From Polymyxa betae A26-41 (Eukaryota > Protista > Endomyxa: Phytomyxea), in contig RBZT01000435.1 in assembly GCA_003693705.1 (NCBI GenBank), forward strand, positions 248,001 through 312,000: a DNA stretch of 64,000 nt, in the 5' to 3' direction. Below are positions 1-13,066 of this stretch, piece after piece. The first letter of the stretch is position 1. Each line of letters opens with the position of its first letter. The notes under the pieces are model-generated. The model worked only from the letters and a program-made list of their open reading frames with translations. It had not been told where the DNA came from and ran no database searches. A program made the translations under genes and the position numbers.

Positions 1-135
1 CACAATCGGCAGAATGGTATCAATCTGATTGTCGGTATATCAGGAGAGACTTCTGACAAATGTTGCAGGACGTCGGGAAGCACAGAATGGGCGACATTTG
101 ATTAGGCAGAAGATCGATGGTCTTTATACAATGAT

Positions 136-1642
136 CTATCTAATCGGATGAACACCGAAGAAGTCCAACGCTTTCGTCGCCTTAGAGTCTGTCACGTTGA
201 AAACAGCATTGTTGGCGCACAGCTGCGTATTAGAGAGATCGATTGGCGCCGGTCGATGCTCGGTGAAGGATAATCCACTCAGAGCGTACGATGAATGATA
301 CAGATCGGGCGACTTATCGGGTTTGTCTTTGATGCCGCCAAGTTTCGATTGGCAACAGCATAGGATATAGCGACGCAACGCCTCGGTATCAAACAGCCAA
401 TCACGAACTTGATCTTGCGGCATTAGAATCAGGTCGACTAACGGAAAGATGCCTCCGACCCAATACGAATAGCAGGAATCCACCAGCTTGTTAGTTCGAC
501 CTTGAAACCCCTAAACAATTCCAGAATTAAGACAAATCGACAGGCAACCGTTCGCCAATAATTACGCCTTCAATAGACAATTGCCTTCGCGACGCCCTGA
601 TAAACACATGTTAGAAGATATATATACAGGTTGTGTATAGCATACCATCGCAATATACGTTGAGCCGAGAGAGCATCAAGTTCTCCCATCAACAATAACG
701 AGGCAAGCCCACAAAACGCATATCTGCCGAAAAGTTCAAGAACTGAAATCTCGTCGCAAACAATTAACCGAACCCTCCATGAGCTTCATTTCCTGGCTCG
801 CCACCTGAAAACAAACCGATTCAGAAGAATCAATCACACGATAAATGATAAACGCACCGAAAGCGCCCTCGTAGGTTTGGCAGCGTTTCACCCATTCGGC
901 AACGCTGACTTTGAGTTCAGGTAAGGTATCGAGACAGCAGATGGCCGCCACAGCAACTGCACAATATGTCGCTCGAATATCTGCAAAATGAATCAGCAAC
1001 CCGAATCTGAACAAAGATCAAAGCCGAACCGATTTCGCCTTGGTCGTGCATGAGGAACGCGCCTGATTCCTGCTTTAGCGATAGCAGGAAAGGCCCGAGA
1101 GATTTCCTATCAATGGCAGCGTATGCTTTCTCGGTGCCGATTTCAACCAGCGTCATAACCGCCGCATATCTATCAACATTCAAATAACAATCGCATGACA
1201 ATCAAAAACAGACGTTGGAGCCAAATGTGGTAGCTGGCCAGGACCGCCGCCAAATCCTCCATTTGGATGCCGACATCGTGTGAGGAAGTCAATGATGCGA
1301 TCCTGAATATCGGAGATGGCATCAAGTTGGTCCAGCAACGCCAGCGAATGGACAATCCAGAAACAGAGCCAGGGTCGGGAGGCGTCTAGCGAAACTGCCC
1401 AGGGCGGGAGCGTCGTCAATGCGAAGACATTGAAATCAGTATGGGCTAATCGCTTCAGGGTTGTCTATGCCCGGCATCAGCATGAGCAAGACGATAGGAA
1501 ACAGCTGCCCGACATCACCGTTCTTGGAATCGGTTAACAGACCGATGCAGGCTTCCTCGACCAAACGCTGAGACCGAACGCTGGGAAATTCGTTGTCGGA
1601 TTCGTCGATGGGCACCTCAGTAACTTCGTCGACATCAGCCAT
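136..1642 (-). CDS. FNTB: Protein farnesyltransferase beta subunit (multi-exon)
   Basis: Exon motifs LDASRPWLCFWIVHSL, GGFGGGPGQLPHLAPT, GGEPGNEAHGGYAFCG, QGRTNKLVDSCYSYW and DKPDKSPDLYHSSYALSGLS, joined by short GT-AG introns. Confidence 0.93.
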
Positions 1643-1785
1643 GACGACGAATAGAGCTTTGATAAGACGCAATTTTTCAGGCTGCATTAACGAAAAAACA
1701 AACAACGAGCATCAATGAGAAGTTTTGTCGATTTATTTATGACAGAAACATTAGATAAAACAAACAGTTGGCGAAATGATGACAA

Positions 1786-2810
1786 TCATACGAGCGATTG
1801 AGACGAACTTTGGCAGGTAATGGAGTCCTCCCTGGAGCTGATCGGGATCGATTCTTCGGGCACAACGATGAACTCCCAGCCGGATACCTGCAGCGTATCT
1901 ATCGGCAGCAGCCAGAATAGTTTTCGAGACCCGAAAATTGATTCGAAATTTTTCCAACGACCCTGATCGTAAGGGTTCAGGTTCGGCCTGATGAAGCCAT
2001 ATTCGAGCGTGGTCTGGTTTAACAAAACCAGATGAAAGTGAAAGGCGGTGAATCCGAGCAGAGTAATGCCAAATGCAATCGACGATACCACCGAAAACAG
2101 AGCCACTATTTCCAGGGTGAAATGCTTGCTTGGAGAGGAGTGAAATACTGAGAACATGTCGGCGCCAACACCAGCAATGTAAATGAGGCAACCTGCAGAT
2201 ATTTATCCAGTTTTCTGAAAACTGAGTGGAAAATTTCACATACCTATACAGCACCAGAACAGGAACAGGAAAAAGTATTTATAATTATAATGGCCAACAC
2301 AGTTCGCTATCCAAGGACCTGAAGAGCCAATAAGTCTTATTGCGGCGTAACTTTACAAAATCCTACAATGGTGATCCATTTTTAGGCAGCATTGGCCGCA
2401 CATTGAGCAATGATGAGCTCGATCTGGCTTCAATGAAGAGCACTTAACACATCTCCTACAGTCTGCAAGATCGATATATCCAGGAGCTGGATTGTCAATT
2501 GGCGAATTCGATGTAAATACCTAAAAAAATAGTAAATATGGAGGTCCTTGAATTCAGAAACTCGGCAGCGTACACAGCGAATATAAGATATTAGAGCCAC
2601 CAGAGCAGCAGTGGTGAACGCAATAGTAAATGCAATCGCATGGAACGGGTTCGAAGCGTATTTCCGAGCCATAAAAACGAATACAAAAGTGATCCAGTCT
2701 CCTAACACAATAGCAAACACGAGCAAGATCGGGCTGAGAATCACTGCGCGCTTGACGATATTCGCGATCCAAAGGGTCGCGTGAAATACCCCATAGCAGA
2801 CCCGGCGCAT
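1786..2810 (-). CDS. DHHC palmitoyl-acyltransferase (multi-exon, start approximate)
   Basis: Manual translation near 2365-2455 gives [31 protein letters not shown] helices and C-terminal NQTTLE / [11 protein letters not shown] motifs are present. Confidence 0.92.
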
Positions 2811-3058
2811 ACGACCGGTCGCCTGCCGCTCAGCCTGACTGCCGTCTGGCACGACAACGGGGTCGGTCGTCTTACCAGACGACGACGACGACGCAATGAT
2901 CTGGATGACTTTCTCTATAGACAGGCACAGGCAGAGAGGGTAATGTTACGAGGGGGCTGCGTCCTTCACGATGGGTTGGTCAGTTATGCTACCAAGAGGG
3001 TTGCGACGGTTTGCGTGATAATCTAGAAAATTTTTGATTGATTCTTGATAGAGAGAGT

Positions 3059-3688
3059 TCAGGAAGGCGGCGGTCGTGACTCATCCTGAGCGTCCTTTCG
3101 CTTCCAGACCAGACGCGTCTGCCGGATCTCAATTTCGGAAGACAGCGCCTTGCACATATCGTAGATGCAGAGGGCGGCGATTGAGGCGCCCGTCAGCGAT
3201 TCCATTTCCACGCCGGTCTTGTAATGGGCTCGAACGAGGCATTCGACTCGAATCTCTCGATTCGAAACCGGGCGTATGGAAACCTTTCATTCTCTGATAA
3301 AATGATGCTCGTTTGTTTGGGAAGGGCTTACTTTGCATGCTTCAATTGGCAATGTATGGCAGAATGGAATCAGATCGCTCGTCTTCTTCACAGCGTTCGT
3401 TCCAGCTACGATCGCAGTTGCAAATACAGGTCCTTTAGCGGTCCATACTTCGTGGCTGTTCTCAAGACCGAGCCGCTTTCCGACATGCTCTGGTATGATC
3501 ACAGAACATGATGCCAACGCGGATCTCTCAATATTCCTCTTCTCACTGATATCCACCATTCGGGGCTGATTACTACTCGAATCAATATGCGTTAACGACG
3601 TCTTTGTCGAACTCATCGTCCGCCTCCCGATCGGCTTCGCTTTCGTCACGCGAGAGACAAGCAACAAGAACATGCTGCGATGTGACAT
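3059..3688 (-). CDS. moaC: cPMP synthase MoaC (Cnx3/MOCS1B type) with probable mitochondrial presequence, 2 exons
   Basis: [37 protein letters not shown]. Second exon reads [25 protein letters not shown]. Confidence 0.93.
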
Positions 3689-3758
3689 ATTCGAGATTGA
3701 AAAATGATTTTAAAAGTCCGCATCTGTGGGACATTTTCAGGGTCGTGCTGTCCCCTCA

Positions 3759-4203
3759 ATGGTCAGCAGCAGCGCCAGATCGGCCGTCTGCGCCTGCAAA
3801 CGCAAGGCGAGCCAGTACTGCCCCGACGAACCGGTCCCAGCCGACGAGATGTTCGAGCTGTCCGACGAGATGAAGGAGTTCCTGTTGGAATCGCGAAAGC
3901 GGCGCCTGGTCCGCGATCAGGAGAGGAGAGAGCAGCGGGCCGCCGATCTGAAGCAGAAAGGTTTGGGGTGGTGGGGTGACCCCCGCCATAGTCTGGTCTT
4001 GGCGCTGTACTTAGGTGATGACAGAGCAGCAATCCGAACGTGACCAGAAGCAGCGCCAGGCGCAGCTGGCCGAACTGTATGGTGATCGTCGGGCCGAGAT
4101 CAAGCAGGTCGAACAGGAGATGGACGCCCGGTTTCAGGCAGCTGTAGCTAAGACCGGGGCTGTTCTATGGCCGGCTGTCGCTCTCTCATTCGGAAGGTCG
4201 TAG
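3759..4203 (+). CDS. GEMIN8: Gemin8-like SMN-complex protein (intron about 3961-4024)
   Basis: FELSDEMKEFLLESRKRR and RQAQLAELYGDRRAEIKQVEQEMDARF...LWPAVALSF match the recalled Gemin8 pattern (LYG..I..ME....F...YWP.IPLKF). Confidence 0.7.
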
Positions 4204-4425
4204 TGGCCCCCCGAATTCGAACCTCTTTACATCACATCCTTCCGCTTCTCTCATCTAATTTATCATAAATATAATAATCGCTCTCGCTTTCGCTCCTATT
4301 CAGCTTTGATCGCCATCGGAAAGATAAATGATTGTGTGATCCAGTCCGCAACGGAGTTGGCGAAGATAGTACGACCAAGGAGGTTGTTCGACGTCCACAC
4401 CAGCTTATAGACGATCTCTTCGAGC

Positions 4426-5314
4426 ATGTCGGTGACGCAGCCGGGCCATACCGTCTATATCAACAACATCAATGAGAAGATCTCGAAACGGGGTACGACG
4501 CCGTCTGTGGTCGTTGTACTGGGGCGGTCGCTGATTCTGGGTCCTTTGTGTTGGTTCAGAACTGAAGAAGGCCCTGTATGAGGTCTGTGGCCAGTTCGGG
4601 TCGGTGATCGATATCGTCACTCTGAAGACGCCCAAGATGCGAGGCCAGGCGTTCGTCATCTATGACGATGTGAATTCGGCAATCAAAGCCCATCGTGATC
4701 TTGCCAATTTCGATTTTTTTGGAAAACCGATGGTATCATTTTTTTTCAAAAAATCTTTTATTTGAAGCCCAACCGATCCCTTTCAACGTTAAAATCGCAG
4801 ACGCTCTTTTTTAATCGCAGACGAAAGAGTTTAAGGTTCATTTTTAATCGATCGCAGACAAAGGGGTTTTAAAGTTCATTTGTACAAACGGATGTTTGAA
4901 TCTTGAAAATTTCAGAGGGTGGCGTTTGCCAAGACCAAATCAGATTACATTGCGAAACGTGATGGGACGTATGTTGAGCAGCATCGTCCAGCTCATCAAC
5001 CGGCCAAGAAACCTCGAACCGAGATCACGACGACCGAAGAGGGCGCCATTGTCATGACCGGCGCCGATCTTCGACAGCCGCCCAATGCGATTCTGTTCGT
5101 CCAGAACCTACCGGTGACGGCGACCGAGGGCATGGTCGCCTCCTTGTTCGAGCAATATCGCGGCTATCGCGAGGTCCGTCTGATCCCTTCCAAGCCCGGC
5201 ATCGCCTTCGTCGAATTCGAAGACGAATACGCGAGTGGGCAGGCCATGGAAGCCCTGCAGGGATTCAAATTCACGCCCACGAATCAGCTCACCATTTCTT
5301 ATGCGAAAAAATAA
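4426..5314 (+). CDS. SNRPB2: U1A/U2B''/SNF family two-RRM snRNP protein, U2B''/SNF-like, 3 exons
   Basis: TVYINNINEK, DIVTLKTPKMRGQAF, AFAKTKSD and RRM2 PPNAILFVQNLP..GIAFVEF..ISYAKK. Confidence 0.9.
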
Positions 5315-6331
5315 ACTATCTTTGGTTGTGGTTCCGGGAAGGATTGCTGCTTATATAGGTCAGCGAAGCATTCTCCCGATGCAATCAATCGTTAAATCAT
5401 TGGTTAATACGTTCAGAAGCATCTCATATATTGTGCTATCAACTATCTACAGACAAAACGGCTCTGCGTATTTCGACGTCGTAGCGTGTTTTTCAAACCT
5501 GATTCCGAGCGTGAAGCTGATCGAAATCTGGGAAGCGAAGACTCCAAATATCAGATCAGGCAAATCAAGAAGCGCGGTCGGTAAAATCTCGTCGTGGTGG
5601 CGCCCTTCTTGAAAATCAGCCTACCATCCTGTTTCCGATTCGACTCAGTAGAGCATTCCTTAGCCGAGGTTGACGAACCTCATCGAAAATCGACGTTGAT
5701 CAGTGCAGACTTGGGCCAAACCCTGATCTTGAGCAATGTTCTGAAATAGGTCTGTAGTCGTCGTACTGATCCTCCAAATCAGATTCGGTGATCCAGAGCG
5801 AGACTGAAATATTGTAGAGACCACCGCCAGCAAGCACGGGAACGTATAGATGCTGTACACTGTCTGATGTGATTATCATAACCTACCTCTTGTTAATAAA
5901 ATCCTGCATCTACGTACTTCAAACATTCACTATCCGGCATCGATATGAATTTATATGCCACCCCTTGACCGATTATTCAGAGGGCCTCGGTCCATTGGCT
6001 TACAGTTTGACGATGGGAAGCAAACTGAAATTATCGTGGTTTATGCAGGCATAGCCACTGAGTTTGCTTCTCTGGGGCTTTCCGACCACTACTGTCGACT
6101 GAGAGCATTCGTATCAGATTCGGAAACACTTTCGTCGGTAAAGCGATTTCGTAGACAAAGTCCAGCCAACCAGAACGACTGCCGACGCCTAATTAAACGA
6201 ATAGTGCTCGAATTGGGGAGTGGTCAGGGCGATCAGCACACAGTTAAATCTCGTTCAGATAAAAGGCATCTTGTAACACCATAGATAGCCAAATGAGATA
6301 AGTTGCAAAAATAATCTTGAGTGATAAATAT

Positions 6332-8084
6332 TTAAACACGAGCTTTATATAAATTCAGTGTCGTGCTGCTTAACGCTGCCAACATTCCATTCGTATAAGA
6401 CATATCCACAACTCTGAGCATAAAGATGAGTGGCAATTCGGTTGAAACACGAGACCTCACCCATTCTGTTGCAAATGCAATGGTGTACTCTGATCAGGAG
6501 ATGAAACATTCCATAACCAAGCTGATTGCGTCTCCTGATCCCCTGAGCCAATCCAGCGTTCACCAGCATGGCGAAACATGATCGTCCTGCACAGCGTTAC
6601 TCCAGTCGAATAGGCAGACGTTTCGGCTTCAACAGCCAGCGACTTCGCATCTATCACCGCATGCGTCGCATAGCGAGGCTGCTCGGCCCGCAAACTAACC
6701 AAAATCGCCGACGATTCCGAATCGATTGAAGCCCCGATACATCGCTTCTCGTCGACTGGCAAATCGGTGAACGACGAAATCGATAAATCCGGATCCAAAC
6801 ATGCAATAGCTGCATGGCCTGGGCCAGTACAGACGATTCGTGACGAACTTAACATGCGCAGAGTCGAAATGGGACGGGGCGTTCGAATGCTACTTTGTGA
6901 CAGAGCCGCATTCGGACGTCTTAGATCGAAGGCGATCACCTGGCCGTTAGCAGTTCCAGCTAATATCGTGAAAGGATCTGTGAAGCAGCATGACCAGACC
7001 GGGAACGTCGTGTCGAAATCGGCGATGCAGGTCTCGGTTTTCAAGCTGGAAATCTTCAGGTGCTTGTCGAGCGAGGCCGACGCCACCAATCCTTCGCTGT
7101 TCGAGTGCAGGTCGCGAATATCGCCTTGATGCAAAGGCAGTAAGCGATTGTGCGAATGCAGATCGAGCAGGCTGAATCGGCGATATCCGAACTGATGATT
7201 GCCATCGGCTGCACATGAAACCAGGAGTGAACTGCCGACCGCATGCAGGACGCGGCTGTTGGTGACAGCAACGGATTCAACACCGACGAAAGGAGCATCA
7301 GATTCGGCCAATGTCGCGTGCAGCCGAGTGAAGCGTTCATGAAGCCGGCCATATTTCTGCCGAAGGTTCGTGAGCTCGGATTCTGCACGCCGACGAAGGG
7401 TTTTCTCTTGTTCAACCTGATTCACATTTATAAGGACAGCTCCATTCCAAATCAACGGCAAACGAAAATTTAGAAGGAGCATGTGTAGGAAGAATAACAT
7501 TCTAAAATTCGATTTTTGGACAGCAGAAAGCCGAGGTTTACTTTGACGGCGAGGTCGTGAATCTCGCCGGTGTCCTTGACAGCAAACTTCGACGTGAACA
7601 AGACGGTAATATCGCTCAGCTTCGCCCGCTTCTGGCATTCGGGACAGCATGATCGCAGTTCGATCCATTTGCGAATGCAGTTTTTTCCTATGGTAAAGCC
7701 TCACATCAGCTCCAGCTAATTGTGCAGAGTGAATCTCAGCTTACCGAACAGATGGCCGCATTTTAAGCAGCAGATTCGATGCTAAATACAGCCTTAATCA
7801 AAGCCCTGATATTCTTGAAGTTTACATACATCGCCAGAACTGTGCCATGGTCTGGTGCATATCGAGCAGCTGGTGTTGGTATCGTCCACGACATCGACGG
7901 CCTTGCACTGGATAACTCGGCCAGGGCGTCCGGGTCGCCGCTCCTCGACGAACTCGCTATCGGCACTGCTGTCTTGATCGTTGTCGCTGGGCACCGCCGG
8001 AGCCGCCTTCGCCTTCACCATTTCGGATTGGGACCGGGACCCGCAGCACACCTTTACAGAATCATTCTGTCTTGTAGACTGCAT
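6332..8084 (-). CDS. RFWD3: RFWD3-like RING + coiled-coil + WD40 E3 ligase (start uncertain)
   Basis: CSICTRPWHSSGD|HRICCLKCGHLFG...CPECQKRAKLSDITVLF, then EQEKTLRRRAE, WD40 repeats, last exon ending LAALSSTTLNLYKARV. Confidence 0.85.
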
Positions 8085-8782
8085 AAACAGCGCATGTTTC
8101 ACTCCAGTCCATCTCTGCTTGGCGTCTTTGCTTTACGCTACTGTCAATGCCATTTCCTTTTAACCTCCAGCTGCTCATGATCATACATTCTGCCACGCTG
8201 TATGAGTTTTGACAGTTAGCGTCAGGTCTCACGACACAGTGATATTTGAACGCTGCTGTTTGCTGCTGGTCTGAAGTTGTGGATCAAGATGCTAGGGTCG
8301 TCTCCGGATTCCGATTAGCAAGAAATATTTGACTTCTGTTTAAGCGCTTGACATGAAGAACGCGCCTGATGGAAATGCTTCATATCGACTGTCAGTACAT
8401 CAATCAAAGAGACCAGAACCTGTTGCTCTAGAAGGTGTTCTTAATATCGTGCAATAGGATGATCCAAGCTTTAGTATGTGCCCTTTTGGGTATTGGGAAA
8501 ATTCAAATTGAAACTAGAACGAATTATGTCGTGCAGAAATTCAGTATTGAAAGCACAATTCGACGAAATCACTGGCTGAATCTTCCTTTCTGGTTCCTTC
8601 ATCAAAAACTATGATCAACTAAACAGGAAAACTCCAATTATCTACAGTAAAGCAATGTCTCGTGAAGAGCATGTGCTGCATTTCAGCCATGCAACCCATG
8701 AAATGAGCCATAGGATGCTTTCATAGGTAGAATGGATGAGAGGCAACCCGTGCTCATCACGAGTTTAGTGAACAGTTGATAT

Positions 8783-10869
8783 TTAACGAGATTTAATATC
8801 CTTACGAACAACACTGATCAAATGAAGAGGGATGCCCATGCTCGTCTTTAAGTAATCGCAGATCTCTTTATCAAACCGGCCTTGAATCAAAACCTCATAG
8901 AGGGTCATCTTCGATTTGCCCGGCAATGGCTTAACAGTTGTCGAGCATGCGAATCGCTTCTGCCCTTGCTGAGCAACGACATTCGAGTCCAGACCGAAAG
9001 CTTCCAGGTTCTTTACTCGAGTTCGAATCTTCTGTCCGACCTTGTCCACGATGATTTCGATATTGGGCGGAGCGCCTTTGCTGAAAACTGGTTCTTCGTC
9101 GCCGCTTACAATTGCAGTGTACATTACAAGATTTCGCTCGAGGCGCTGACCAAGATCTTTCATTGAAACCTCATCAGGGCGTTCTTCGGAGGCAGTAAAC
9201 ATCGCCTCTTTCAGGGTATCATCGAGACGAACGAGACCTTTATCCAATCGCAAGCCATGCGCTTGAATATAGTTATGCAAACGTTTCTTGCAGTCTTCCA
9301 TAGCGAAGAGCTCTTTTGAAGGCGCCGAACCGAACAGGAATCGGACATGTTTGTTCGGTTCGTATTTAGTCGCCACCGTAATTTTGCTGAAGTCTCTCGG
9401 TGCCTTCTGCTGAGGCTTTGCTTTTGAGCCGCTATTCGCAGCAGCATCGTTATCACATCGAAGCTCGTCGGTGTCTCGATTAATGCCAACCAAGGTGATC
9501 ACATTCTTATGCTCTTTGAGCTTGATCAGGTTCCGTTTAGCAAAAGCTTTAAACAGCTTTCCAAACGATTTGTATGATGAGTTCTTGACATTGAGGGAGT
9601 TGCTGGTGGCAGCATATGTATGATCGGCTAACATAGAAGCCGAGAGAGGAAGATCAGAATCACTTATTCGCGTCTTTAGTGCAGTAATAAGCGCCCGTTC
9701 TAACAGCTCGTCCATATAATTCATATCAACAGTTTCGACTTCATCGTTAGGCTTTGGCTGCAAAGTCAGCATATTGGTAGAGACGATAATACCGTCTTTG
9801 ATCTTGATCACGCCACGCTTGGCAAACATTCGGAAAAGCATCTCCCAGGTTCGATAGGGCGTCGAGCGAATATTGAATCGCGGGTCGCGAGCCGAGACGG
9901 CATCGGCCACTTCACCACACGCGATCGGAACAGACGCAGATTGAAGAAATTCTGTAGCTGCAGATTCGATGGCAGTTTTAAGATCTTCGATCTGTTCGTC
10001 AGAACCAGATTCCAAGTTTGCTGGCTCGAGATTGAGATCGTTAATCGCATCTGCTTGCTTACCAACATCCTCGTTAGCATTTCCGTCTTCGGCTTCAGTG
10101 ACTGAAACATCGACAGCGGTGCTTTCTGAATCAGCAATGGGACCTGCTGAGATGCCTCCGCTCGGAACAGACTGATCGCCATATTGCCATAAACCATCTC
10201 CAAAAACATGGAAGATTTTTGTACATTTTCCCTTTCCTCCGCTTTGCAGAATGCTGTTTTCATTCATGAGCATCACGCCGACCGCTGATCGATCGTAAGA
10301 TAAGAATCGAAAATGCGATCAGCAGCAATACCGATAGCGTTGTAACTCCCAATAGCACAGATAGCAACGATTTCATTTACGAGGACGCCTGTAAGTTCCG
10401 ATCCAGGTTGAAGGCCAGGAACCATGAGATCGGCGCCAGATAACAGCCTAGAATGGACTTGGCAAGGAATGACAAGTCGTCTTGCCATATTTGGCAAGCG
10501 CCATCTGTTAAAGTTCTTGTTAGACTAAACTATAATGGCATCTTTGGTAACATACAATGTGTAAACCGATGGGAGAATTAGATCTCCTTTGCCATTGGGA
10601 TCAAAGAACAAAGGCAGCTTTAGGATGGAATCTGTGTATAAAACCTAAGCGCCATGGATTCATATGCAGTTATAAACTAGACGTTGTATTATTACAGCAT
10701 ACTGTGTCGTTTTATCAAGCGTTAAGGTGGGCTGCTTTACAGCAATTAGCGACGACCATTCGTCGCGGCTGACACTCGGATACGAGGTTGCTAAACGAGC
10801 TTGAAGTTGCTTCACCTTCGACCCACTTAGCGCCGAAGAAGCTCGAACGACCAACTCGTTCTTGAACAT
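8783..10869 (-). CDS. EIF2D: eIF2D/ligatin (PUA, SWIB, SUI1 domains)
   Basis: N-terminal MFK, RLLSGADLMVPG, GKGKCTKIFHVFGDGLW, VKNSSYKSFGKLFK and SUI1-like C-terminus (KRFACSTTV..VLIQG). Confidence 0.9.
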
Positions 10870-11498
10870 CGCCGGACGAATCGAATGATCTTTCATGATG
10901 CGCGGACTTGCGTTCTCGTATCGACACCATCAACACAAGTCTCTGAAATAAGTTCGTGCATGATTTGTGCTTTCTCTAAGTCGCTGTATGACACAAAATT
11001 TCTAACCAAGACAACGGGATTCGCTATCTGACCATAACCAGGCCGATTTCAATGGGTGTCATTACGACCTATGAGTGACCCATCATATAGAAGAGGTTGC
11101 GCCTTCTTCAGGGATTTGGCGGGTCACAGGGAGCGAGTGGAAGGGAGTGACGCGCGCAAAATTCAACCGATACAAAGGGCAGCCCACCCGCCCACCTCTT
11201 CGATCTGACTATAGTGCGATCTCATATTCGGTCGCATAGGTCTCTAACGAGCATTTTACTATCACAGTTCTCATCGCTTCAACCTCCTAAGAGAGCGCAA
11301 CTCCTACCCCGAAAGGTTACTACTATCTTTACCGATTGGAGTCCGCCATTACTCATTCAGTTCGTTTTGCCGCTCGTTCGTTCGTCATTATCGCTGCATT
11401 CTCGCCCATTCTGTTTTAGTACTTTCCAAGTCGTCATTTTCTAAAATGTTCTCTTGGTTGCAACCTTCAGAAAACCTCGGTCGCTCATTGCATTCTAG

Positions 11499-11838
11499 AT
11501 GGTAAAGAACGACGAGAAAAAATCCCCTACCAAAACTAAGAAGGCTAAAGGAGCCGGTAAAAAAGAAAAGAAGGCGGGACCAAAACGGGCCGTCAGTGCC
11601 TATATTTATTTCGTGAAAGCTAACCGAGAGAAAGTTCAAGCTGAGTACACCGATGCTTCATTCTCAGAGCTGGGAAAGATTCTTGGAAAGAAATGGAAGG
11701 AGCTAACTGATAAAGAGAAGACTCCATATGAAAAGCAAGCAGCAGCCGACAAGGCTCGCTATGAGAAAGAGAAGGTAACTTTCGTTTTCAAATTGATCTG
11801 GATTTGCCTCTGACAGATTTTTCTAGGCCGAAGCATAA
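11499..11838 (+). CDS. NHP6-like single HMG-box protein
   Basis: PKRAVSAYIYF..FSELGKILGKKWKELTDKEKTPYE..DKARYEKEK. A terminal intron about 11775-11826 adds AEA*. Confidence 0.93.
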
Positions 11839-11979
11839 TTCTATTGACCAAGTCATTTATCTTATAATAAATCACTGATTCGAAGTGGATTTGCACTTCA
11901 CCTGGATTCAGATTACTGGTTTATTTTTTAGATTATGGCTTGTCTAGTTGTCCTTGATAGATCTAAGTTATATTGCATT

Positions 11980-13066
11980 CTATGTATATAAGGCCGACAT
12001 TCGAGCTAGTAGATGTCCTTTAATTGCGGCTAGACGGAACAAACGATTAGCTTCATCTTTGTCTTTAGGAAGACCTAATCCCTCTTCCCAGCATCGAGCA
12101 AGTTCGAATTGTGCACCTGGGTGGTCTTGACTGGCTGCCAGCCTAAACATTCTAACAGCATGATCTAGATCTTTGGGGATATGCTCGCCCAGCTCGAAAG
12201 CGATTCCCATCTTATGCTGAGCATCAGCTAATCCTTGAGCAGCAGCTTCTCTCCACCATCTAATTGCCAATATGGGATCTCGTTCAATACCTGCGCCCTT
12301 TTCATAACATCGACCGAGTTCATACTGAGATCGAGCATGGCCAGCTTCTGCCGCCGATTTCCATAATTGTGCTGCCGCCCTCATGTCGTGCTTTACTCCA
12401 TGACCCTTTTCAAAACATAGACCAAGACTGTACTGCGAATGTGGACAGCCTTGCTGTGCTAGTCTTTGCCAACAATTTACCACGTCTTCGATCTCAACAT
12501 GGGCCCATATCGAAGCGGCCATAGGCTCATTTGGAGTGCCAGGCGCAAAACTGGCTGTGAAAGTCTTATCATCTGACAGCCTGCGCGTCTGATTGAATCT
12601 AGAATTGCAAAAGCGTTTTCTTGAAGGCTCTTCACCCTCTATTGACCGTCGTCTGCGATACTTTTCGCAGGGCGGCACCTCGCGAGCAACGGAGTGGCCT
12701 TCAAGAACATCGATCGACGGGGCTTTCATGAGGAATATCGTCCTATTAACGGGTCGTCGTGATCGTAACAACGTACCGGGGAGCCGGCTCGAAAATATCT
12801 CGACGATCACGTTCTGGTACGAAACAACCGTTAGGGATGTGCAGCCAGAATCAGCAGGAGAGAGTCAGCGGACCTCTCTCGTAACAGAAGATGAAGTCAT
12901 GAACGTGGCCTACCACTCCATGTTCTAATAAGATGTCATACGCTTTCTCTGGGCTTCTTGAACTTCCTCTGAGGCCGAGTCCAACTGTCCAAGTCTGAAA
13001 GTCTCTGGAATCTGAAACTTTTGGCTCTAGCCTGTGAGAGTGACATTCATGGACGGAGCTGCCCAT
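11980..13066 (-). CDS. Sel1-like repeat protein (5' exons tentative)
   Basis: Repeated AxQGxxxAQyxLGxCyExGxGv motifs in 11980-12480. Confidence 0.85.

Noticed and set aside
4204-4225. GGTTCGAAT T-loop-like motif (minus strand)
   Set aside because: No T-stem or cloverleaf, so not a tRNA.
5320-6300. Short ORFs in a 1-kb gap
   Set aside because: No motif or consistent exon chain could be built.
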